DNA from: Candidatus Spongiisociaceae bacterium | Lineage (GTDB): Bacteria; Actinomycetota; Acidimicrobiia; Spongiisociales; Spongiisociaceae | Direction of reading: 5' to 3' | DNA: 64,000 nt | Assembly (NCBI GenBank): GCA_965262915.1 | Contig: OZ253564.1 | Span: 96,001 to 160,000, forward strand | Shown: piece after piece, positions 57,108-64,000 of the stretch | Numbering within the stretch: the stretch's first letter is position 1 | Layout: each line of letters opens with the position of its first letter | The notes under the pieces: model-generated | What the model saw: the letters and a program-made list of their open reading frames with translations, nothing else | Database searches by the model: none | Told to the model about the DNA's origin: nothing | Position numbers and translations under genes: made by a program

Positions 57108-58856
57108 CTAGCGCGGTATTACCGGCAGGACTAGGCGGCTCGGGTGTTCCGTGTCGTGGAACACGGTTTGATGCGCTGATTGGAACCCGGTTTCCCGACC
57201 GATTTCGCCTCCCAGGTTGGTGTTGCGGTCGAAGCGGGGGAAGTTACTGCTCGATACCTCGAGCCGGATCCGGTGTCCTGCCTTGAACACCCACGAGACC
57301 TCCCACAGGTCGATGCCGTACTCGTAGACCTCTCCCGGCTCGATCAGGGAGGGGGACTGGCGGCCGTCCCGGCACCGGGCGCGGACGATCCCTTCGGTGA
57401 CGTTGATGGCCCGGCCGTCGGGCAACACGTCCACCAGGGTGGCGGTGAAGTCGGTATCGGGCGCCGTGGAAGCCGCGAACAGCACCGCGGACACCCGGCC
57501 GGTGCATTCGAGATCCGCGGTCAAGACATCGCCGGTGTATGCCAGTACGTCAGGCCGCTCCTCGATCGTGGACCGGTCACGGGGGCCGCTCTGGTCAACG
57601 TAGGCCACTTGGCCACCCATCGTGGGGACGGGGTCCGAGGGGTCGTACGTGTACGTGTCCGGTGGCTGCTCGGTGTTCGGCGGCTCCCGCCCTAGGACCC
57701 CGTCGCCGTGCCGCGTGTTCGCGGACCCAGCTCCGTGAAGGAACATCTCTCGGTATTCGGTGCGGGCCAATGGCCACTCGTACTCCCCGCGCCACACGTT
57801 GTCCCCGCACACGAAGAGCTGGAGGGGCGCCTCGTCGTCCACCCCGGTGGGGATTCCCCTGAGGCGCTGGTCGTACCAGTGGCGGTGCAGGTCGAAGATG
57901 TCGAGCTCGGCGTCGGGCCCGAAGTGGACATCCTGGCCCCAGTCGGCAACCCCGATACGGGTGTGGGTCCAGGGGCCGCACATGATCTTGGTTCTGGCCC
58001 GTGCCTCCGGCTGAGCGTGGGCAGTCCAGTTGACGAAGGCCTCGAACATGTGGCGGACGGTGCAGTCCCACCACCCGGTGAGGAAGTAGGACGGCGCCTC
58101 GATAGTGTCGTAGCGGTCGTTCACGATCCGCTTCCGCCAGTAGGCGTCGTAGGTGTTGTGGTCGAGGAGCTCCTTCCATATCTTCACGTCGTCGTACTCG
58201 TCGAAGGCCGTGTACAGCGGCGTCCGCTCGTACAGGTAGGAGAGGTCACCCGGGAACTCCCCGGCCTTGCCACCCCCTACCCCCATCGTTCCGGCAGGGA
58301 GGCCGGCCAGCATGGCCATCCCCTGAGCGTGGCTGGTGCGACGCCCGATCTGGAGGAAGTGGCTGGCCTGCTGGAGCAGGAAAGCGCCCTGCTGCCAGAA
58401 CAGGTCGAAACCGTCCGGCGTCGCCGCGATCGGCAGGATGCCCTTGAGTCCCTCGGAGGCCAGCGGGGCGGGGTGCATCTGGGTGAAGCCCACGTAGGAG
58501 ATACCGAACATGCCGACGTTCCCGTCGCACCACGGTTGACGGATCAACCACTCGACGGTGTCGTGCCCGTCCTCGTCCTGGACGTAGACCTCCCATACGC
58601 CGTCGGAGTCGTAGCGGCCCCGGCAATCCTGGATGACAATCGCGTACCCGGCCTCCATGAAGCGTTCCCCCCAGCCCACGTAACCGGACGGGCGCGCCCC
58701 GTCGGTCTCCGGATAGCTCTCCTTGCTATAGATGGTCCGGCACAGCAAGACGGGGAAACGATCTCCCGCTGGGGGCAGGTAGACGTCCGCCGACAGCATG
58801 GTTCCGTCCCTCATCGGCGCCCGCACATCGAACATGATCCTCTGTCCCATGGTCAT
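57108..58856 (-). CDS. CocE/NonD family serine hydrolase
   Basis: MRDGTMLSAD, QDCRGRYDSDG, GISYVG, GPWTH, SSNFPRFDRN. Confidence 0.92.
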   Translation of the reverse strand: MTMGQRIMFDVRAPMRDGTMLSADVYLPPAGDRFPVLLCRTIYSKESYPETDGARPSGYVGWGERFMEAGYAIVIQDCRGRYDSDGVWEVYVQDEDGHDTVEWLIRQPWCDGNVGMFGISYVGFTQMHPAPLASEGLKGILPIAATPDGFDLFWQQGAFLLQQASHFLQIGRRTSHAQGMAMLAGLPAGTMGVGGGKAGEFPGDLSYLYERTPLYTAFDEYDDVKIWKELLDHNTYDAYWRKRIVNDRYDTIEAPSYFLTGWWDCTVRHMFEAFVNWTAHAQPEARARTKIMCGPWTHTRIGVADWGQDVHFGPDAELDIFDLHRHWYDQRLRGIPTGVDDEAPLQLFVCGDNVWRGEYEWPLARTEYREMFLHGAGSANTRHGDGVLGREPPNTEQPPDTYTYDPSDPVPTMGGQVAYVDQSGPRDRSTIEERPDVLAYTGDVLTADLECTGRVSAVLFAASTAPDTDFTATLVDVLPDGRAINVTEGIVRARCRDGRQSPSLIEPGEVYEYGIDLWEVSWVFKAGHRIRLEVSSSNFPRFDRNTNLGGEIGRETGFQSAHQTVFHDTEHPSRLVLPVIPR

Positions 58857-59026
58857 CTCCCGTACCTTCTTCTTGTCAAGGCTGATCCGCCGCGCGGAGG
58901 CAACCCGCAGTGGAAAGGTCCAGGCTACCTGTTGACATGACGAACCCCGCTAAGCATCATAAGCCCAAGCGGGCGGAGACCGACGGGCGAAAGGCGCGCG
59001 CGGCCGCCCAACCAAAGGGAGGGAAT

Positions 59027-60394
59027 ATGCGTAATCGTTGGTGGAAGGGAACACTTCTTCTAGCCATCCTGGCGATGTTCGCGGTCGCCTGCGGTGGCGC
59101 CGAGGAGGAAGCCGCTGAGACCACTCAGGCTCCGCAGACAACTGCTACGACGGCCGCCATGGTCGAAGAAGAACCCATGGAAGAAGAACCCATGGAAGAA
59201 GAGGAACCCATGGAAGAAGAGGAACCCATGGAAGAAGAGGAACCCATGGAAGAGGACATGGGTCCCGACCTCAGCCACCTGAGCGCTTCGCCCGATGAGC
59301 CCAAGGGCGGCATAATCAGGATCGGCGCCACCCCCTCTTACGATGACCGGCTCTGGTCGTATGCGGCCGAGATCGGGATGGACACGCGGATCGGCCTCGA
59401 CCTCGAGATCATCCCGTTCGTGAGCATCCCCTACACGCAGCTGCAGACCGACGAGATCGACATGTTGTTCTCGTGCCAGATCTGCTACGGGACCATCATC
59501 GAGGAGTTCCCCGAGTACCGGAACTACCTGATCACCAACCAGTACCAGGGCTTCGTGCTCATCGGTAGGGCCGGCGAGACGGTGGTTTACGAAGAGGCGC
59601 TGGAGCGCTTGGGCGACGAGGACGCCGCCAAGGCCGAACTCGCCGCGTCCATGCGGGGCAAGGAGTTCGTCAAGACGGAGGGCTTCCCCACCACGTTCGA
59701 GCGGGCCCTGCTGGAGAACATCGGTCTGTCCTTCGACCCTGAGGGCCAGCAGGACGTCGATTTCAAGTACTACCCGTCCATGGAGGCGATGAACTTCGGC
59801 TACCTGAGCGGCGAGGCGGACTACTACACGGGCAACCTTTCCGCCCAGGCCCGGATGCTGTACTCCGAAGAACTGGCAGGAGAGTACGTCGTGGCGGCGC
59901 CTCTCGAGCTGTTCGGCGCCTCGGCGATCCTCTACTCGACCGAGGGTGTGCGCGCAGACTGGCTGGAGGAGAACCCGGAGACGGTGCTCCGCTCGCTGGC
60001 GATCTGGTATCGGGCCTCCCGCTACCTCGACGAGTATCCCGACATCGTGGGTAAGTTCGTCGGCGAAGAGGCCAAGGACCAGACCGGTGGCACCAGCCTC
60101 GGAGGTCTCATCACCTCCCGGATCATGACCGAACTCAACTACTTCCCGCTGCTGAACGACGCCAAGGACTACATGTTCACGCCGGGCGAGATCACCTACT
60201 TCGGCAACGTCGTGGCCGATCGTTTCGAGGCGGGACGCGAGGAGGGCTACATCGCCGAAGGCGTGGAGTGGGAGGACTACGAGGTGGAGGAAGTCTGGTT
60301 CAACAGGCTCCTCGAGCGTGAGGACCTGGTCGCCTGGATCAACGCACCGCTTGGCACCGGCGTAGGCCTCGACGGGGACGAACCCCAGGGCTAG
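59027..60394 (+). CDS. TauA/SsuA-like substrate-binding lipoprotein with acidic repeat linker
   Basis: Lipobox VAC; paralog of 40684-41874 (SYDD..W, FSCQ.C, ITNQ..GF.L.GR, LNYFP). Confidence 0.8.
   Translation: MRNRWWKGTLLLAILAMFAVACGGAEEEAAETTQAPQTTATTAAMVEEEPMEEEPMEEEEPMEEEEPMEEEEPMEEDMGPDLSHLSASPDEPKGGIIRIGATPSYDDRLWSYAAEIGMDTRIGLDLEIIPFVSIPYTQLQTDEIDMLFSCQICYGTIIEEFPEYRNYLITNQYQGFVLIGRAGETVVYEEALERLGDEDAAKAELAASMRGKEFVKTEGFPTTFERALLENIGLSFDPEGQQDVDFKYYPSMEAMNFGYLSGEADYYTGNLSAQARMLYSEELAGEYVVAAPLELFGASAILYSTEGVRADWLEENPETVLRSLAIWYRASRYLDEYPDIVGKFVGEEAKDQTGGTSLGGLITSRIMTELNYFPLLNDAKDYMFTPGEITYFGNVVADRFEAGREEGYIAEGVEWEDYEVEEVWFNRLLEREDLVAWINAPLGTGVGLDGDEPQG
59165..59260 (+). repeat. Coding tandem repeat (E)EEEPM, 15/18-bp units
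   Basis: Five gaagaa(gag)gaacccatg-type units plus one partial unit. Confidence 0.9.
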
Positions 60395-60416
60395 ACCTCC
60401 CGAATATTCGCTATCC

Positions 60417-60447
60417 GTGTGGCTCCCGGCCCGTCCGGGAGCCACAC
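60417..60447 (+). terminator. Stem-loop after the substrate-binding protein gene
   Basis: gtgtggctcccgg-cccgt-ccgggagccacac then cgtttc. Confidence 0.65.
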
Positions 60448-60657
60448 CGTTTCGGAGATCTCAGATCAGGCCTCGCCTCAGGGAGGACCAAGCGGTCCGG
60501 ATCTACCGGAGAATCGGCGGGCGGCTCAACGACGGGCAGTACCGGTTCCCGGTTACCTGGCGGTCGTTGATGGAGTTGAATCCGACGGTCACCACGGAAC
60601 GGCGGAGTATCCACGACGAGAACGGTGCATCGGCAACTCATCGGACAGGAGAGCCGG

Positions 60658-60843
60658 ATGAAGCCGGCGGTTGCCGTCCATGGAGCAGAAGAGGGTGGCT
60701 ACCGGGCAGAGGTACCGGCCATACCCGGTTGTGCTACACAGGGGGAGCCCTTCGAAGAGTTGCTGATCAACCTGTACGAAGCAGTCGAGGGTTGCCTATC
60801 CGTTGATGTGGGGGCTCGGGCTTCTGAATCTCCTCGTCCGTAG
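60658..60843 (+). pseudogene. hicB: HicB family antitoxin, orphan and probably decaying
   Basis: AEEGGY.AEVPAIPGCATQGE.FEELL.NLYEAVEGCL; no hicA recognised nearby. Confidence 0.7.
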
Positions 60844-60873
60844 GCGAAGGTGGAGCGAGACAAGCGGGCCTTC

Positions 60874-61983
60874 TCAGTAGCCCCGGGCGTCGACGGGCCA
60901 GACGGCTTCGACCACCCCGTTGCGGACGCCGATGAGGTGGTCGTAGAGGTTGACCGTGGGGTCGCAGTTGACCGGTATCAGGCGGACCTGGCTGCCTAGC
61001 GGAGGGAGGGGGCCTTCGGAAGGGGCCAGCACGCCGTGTTCATCGGCGAACCGCTTGTAGAGCGCCTTGCCCCCCTTCACCAGCGGGAGGCCGTTGCCAA
61101 GGGAGACGGCCTTGAGGCCGGCGTCGACGATCGCTATACCCGGACGCCGGCTCATCACCGTGGCGAGGACGTAGAGGCCCACTTCGAAGTCCCGGAACGG
61201 GCCTCCCAGGCGGTCCCGGTTGGCGAGGTAGTCAGCGTCCATGAACACGTACGTGCCGGGCTGGATCTCGTTGTATACCGCGGAGGCGGCCTCGAGGTCG
61301 TAGGTTCCCGTCCCTCCACCGCTGACCACCTCGCAACGGATACCGTGACGGTCCAGCAGATCCACCGACCCCTGAACCAGGTCGATGTTGCGCTGCGTAG
61401 CGGCTAGCCGCGCGGAGTGATCCCTGACGTGCTGGGCAACTCCGTTGTAGGCCTGTATGCCCGCAAAGCGGACGGACGGAGTCGCTTCCACGCGCTGGGC
61501 CAGTCGGAGCAACGGTTGGCCCGGTGGCACCCCGGCCCGGTACTCGGCCGTGTTCATCTCCACCATCACCCCGAGGGATGAACCGGCCCGGCGAACCGAG
61601 CGGCCCAGGTCGTCGAGATTGCCCGGGTCGTCGACGCACACGGTGATCGTGGCGTCGCGTGCCAGACGGGCGACGCGCCGGAGTTTCCCCGGTCCTACCA
61701 CTTCGTTGGCGACGAGGACCTCACGGATACCTCCCGCCACCATGGCCTCGGCCTCGGAGACCGTCTGCACGCAGACCCCCACCGCACCCCGCTCCAGCTG
61801 CATGAGAGCGATGTTGACGCTCTTGTGGGTCTTGACGTGGGGTCGGAGAGCAACCCCGGCCCCTCGCGCCGCCGCCGCCATCCGATCGAGGTTCCGCTCC
61901 AACGCATCGAGATCGACCACCAAGGCCGGTGTGTCGATGTCAGGCTCGGAAAGGCCCGGGCGAGCCCGGCCTCCTCGGGACAT
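60874..61983 (-). CDS. DSD1/D-threonine aldolase-like fold-type III PLP enzyme
   Basis: TPALVVDLD, LRPHVKTHK, SGGGTGT, EIQPGTYVFMD, DAGLK, EHG, CDPTVN; start MSRGG. Confidence 0.9.
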   Translation of the reverse strand: MSRGGRARPGLSEPDIDTPALVVDLDALERNLDRMAAAARGAGVALRPHVKTHKSVNIALMQLERGAVGVCVQTVSEAEAMVAGGIREVLVANEVVGPGKLRRVARLARDATITVCVDDPGNLDDLGRSVRRAGSSLGVMVEMNTAEYRAGVPPGQPLLRLAQRVEATPSVRFAGIQAYNGVAQHVRDHSARLAATQRNIDLVQGSVDLLDRHGIRCEVVSGGGTGTYDLEAASAVYNEIQPGTYVFMDADYLANRDRLGGPFRDFEVGLYVLATVMSRRPGIAIVDAGLKAVSLGNGLPLVKGGKALYKRFADEHGVLAPSEGPLPPLGSQVRLIPVNCDPTVNLYDHLIGVRNGVVEAVWPVDARGY

Positions 61984-62000
61984 CGAGCCCGGAAGGTCGA

Positions 62001-62891
62001 TCAGTCCTCCCCGACCCCGTAGAGGCGAGCGGCGTTGTCTCCCAGGTAGGCGTCGATGTCCTCGTCGGTGAGGTCCGGAAGCCCGGGAGCGATGTTGAGC
62101 TCTCTGGCCAGCCGCGGGAAGGACTTGATATACGGCACGTCCTCCCGGCAGTCGAAGTTGTCGGTGCCCCACAAGCACTTGTCCAGCACCATGAAGTGCT
62201 TGGCGTACTTGAGGAACCGCACGTTGGTCTCGAGCGGCTGCAGGAACCCCCACCATCCGGTGCCGGCGTACATGTTGGGGTTCTTGAGCATCATCATCAC
62301 GACTTCTTCGTAGTAGTTCTCCCCGGCATGCACGACGATGAGCTTCAGCTCGGGGACGCGCACCGCCACGTCGTCCAGGAGGAGGGGATGCTGGAGGGCC
62401 AGCCGACCGAACCCCGACCAGCCGGTGTGGACCTGGATGATCATCCCCAACTCGGCCGCCTTCTCGTAGATCGGCATGATGCGCTCGTCGTTGAGAGCGA
62501 TGCCGTAGCTGGGCGCCGGGGTCATCTTCATGCCGACGCCACCCATGGCGGTGATCTCCTCCATCTCCCGGAGGGAAGCGACGCCACCGAGCAGATCGAC
62601 GCTGCCCATCGGGATCAGGCGGTCGGGGAACTTGGCGCACTCCGAGATCACCCACTCGGTCGGGACGTGAGTGTTGAGGGCGGGCACCTTCACCGAGTGG
62701 CAGACCGCCATGTCCACCCCCGCCTCGTCCATGATCTCCACCATCTGCTCGGCGTTGGTCCCCTTAGTGAGCCCGGTCTTGGTACCGAGCCCCCGGGCGG
62801 CCCAGCCCGCCTTGTACATGGCGTCGTCCATAACGTCCTGGTCGCCCCAGTGCTCCGGCTTCGACAGCCAGACATGCGTGTCGATGATCAT
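62001..62891 (-). CDS. Amidohydrolase_2 family protein, copy 2
   Basis: Long identical stretches with 35836-36726, e.g. HAGENYYEEVVMMMLKNPNMYA. Confidence 0.88.
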   Translation of the reverse strand: MIIDTHVWLSKPEHWGDQDVMDDAMYKAGWAARGLGTKTGLTKGTNAEQMVEIMDEAGVDMAVCHSVKVPALNTHVPTEWVISECAKFPDRLIPMGSVDLLGGVASLREMEEITAMGGVGMKMTPAPSYGIALNDERIMPIYEKAAELGMIIQVHTGWSGFGRLALQHPLLLDDVAVRVPELKLIVVHAGENYYEEVVMMMLKNPNMYAGTGWWGFLQPLETNVRFLKYAKHFMVLDKCLWGTDNFDCREDVPYIKSFPRLARELNIAPGLPDLTDEDIDAYLGDNAARLYGVGED

Positions 62892-63056
62892 CCCGACCTC
62901 TCCATCCTCGCCCTATGTGCTCTTCGTATCACGGTACACCCGTGACGGGCATCCTTGCCAGCGTCGACGGTGGTCCGGCTACCGTGGAAAGTCGGGTGGG
63001 CCGCCGGGCAGCAACCGGTGTGCACCGCATCGACCACCGACCCGGAGGGAGGCGAC

Positions 63057-64000
63057 ATGAGTGCCATACAGGATGTGCGGGTGGGGGTCTCGGTCATGAT
63101 CGACGTCATGGTGCCGATGCGGGACGGCGTCGCCCTGTCGGCCGACATATACCTCCCGCCCGGCGACGGCCCGTTTCCCACGCTCCTGTGCCGCACCGTC
63201 TACGGGAAGCAGAGCGGAGAGATATGCACCGACCTGGCCTACCTCCAGGAGTGGGTACCGCGCTTCCTCGGCGGCGGCTATGCGGCGGTGATGCAGGACT
63301 GCCGGGGACGTTATGACTCGGGCGGCGACTACGTCCCCTACATCTACGAGGCACCCGACGGGGCCGACACGCTGGCCTGGCTGGCCGCCCAACCTTGGTG
63401 CGACGGCAACATCGGCATGTTCGGGCAGTCCTACGTGGCGTTTACCCAGCTCCAGGCGGCCCTATCGGGCAGTCCTGCTCTCAAGGGCATCCTGCCGGTG
63501 GGTAACCAGGAGGACAACTTCGGCTACTTCCTGATGGACGGGGGTGTGCTCCAGCTGCAGAACTTCGTATGGGGCATCAACAGCGGCCGGCGCACGATGA
63601 ACTGCACCAGCTTCGAGTTCCTCGACGTCGAGGCCCTCTACCGTCACATGCCGCTGCGGGAGGCGGTGTCGGGCATTTTCCGGCCCGCCTACTGGGGTTT
63701 CCTCGACCATCCCACCTTCGACGATTCGTGGCAGACCTACGGCCTCAAGGACAAGTACGGAATGATCGAGGTGCCCGCCCAATTCGTCACCGGCTGGTAC
63801 GACAACCTGTCACGAGAGGTCTTCAAGGCGTACACCGGCCTTAAGCGAGGGGGCGGGTCGGCGGCGGCCCGTGACCTGACCCGCATCATCATCGGCCCGT
63901 GGTCGCACGACCTGGACCGGGCCGACCGCAACGGTGACGTCGACCTCGGGCACGGAGGGGAGTTCGATCTGCCCGGTCTCCATCTCGACTGGTACGACCG
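63057..64000 (+). CDS. CocE/NonD family serine hydrolase (runs off the window)
   Basis: Manual translation: MRDGVALSADIYLP, QDCRGRYDSGG, GQSYVA, TGWYD, IGPWSH. Confidence 0.88.
   Translation, partial: MSAIQDVRVGVSVMIDVMVPMRDGVALSADIYLPPGDGPFPTLLCRTVYGKQSGEICTDLAYLQEWVPRFLGGGYAAVMQDCRGRYDSGGDYVPYIYEAPDGADTLAWLAAQPWCDGNIGMFGQSYVAFTQLQAALSGSPALKGILPVGNQEDNFGYFLMDGGVLQLQNFVWGINSGRRTMNCTSFEFLDVEALYRHMPLREAVSGIFRPAYWGFLDHPTFDDSWQTYGLKDKYGMIEVPAQFVTGWYDNLSREVFKAYTGLKRGGGSAAARDLTRIIIGPWSHDLDRADRNGDVDLGHGGEFDLPGLHLDWYD

Noticed and set aside
59165-59260. Possible CRISPR array (also considered 35625-35720)
   Set aside because: Contiguous short tandem units with no unique spacers and no cas genes.
60448-60657. 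Possible hicA or other gene remnant upstream of hicB
   Set aside because: No HicA GSH motif found; origin cannot be assigned by eye.
61984-62655. N-terminal extension of the D-Thr aldolase-like ORF (apparent fusion)
   Set aside because: Off-frame read of the amidohydrolase gene; low-complexity Arg/Pro/Gly sequence.
1-64000. tRNA/rRNA genes, integrases, transposases
   Set aside because: None recognised by eye; a tRNAscan/Rfam run would be needed to exclude small RNAs.

Overview
High-GC actinobacterial DNA, probably Acidimicrobiia (inferred from the lipoprotein and SLH style). 1-16.6 kb is mostly housekeeping: 5'-nucleotidase-LysM, GH1/GH13 glucosidases, RibD-C, ECF sigma plus ogt, argCJBD with tandem ARG boxes, and serA. 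16.7-64 kb is a large catabolic region with polyamine-type and taurine/sulfonate-type ABC importers, three CocE/NonD hydrolases, three phosphotriesterase-family proteins, two amidohydrolases, a nitrilase-family enzyme, a fused hydantoinase/oxoprolinase, a PhyH dioxygenase and PLP enzymes. The main finding is a bacterial microcompartment (BMC) locus at about 24.8-32.1 kb with a minimal shell (one BMC-H, one BMC-P, one permuted BMC-T) and no classical signature enzyme. Its predicted cargo is a non-acylating aldehyde dehydrogenase and a cyclophilin-like DUF3830 protein, both carrying the same EutQ-like N-terminal module. The same operon encodes a stand-alone cucumopine-synthase-like helical-bundle protein, which together with the DUF3830 protein resembles a split Pictet-Spenglerase (McbB-type). 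The region also carries several toxin-antitoxin modules or remnants, two families of MITE-like repeats, and two insertions flanked by duplicated gene 3' ends. All family assignments come from motif recognition by eye; no searches were run.
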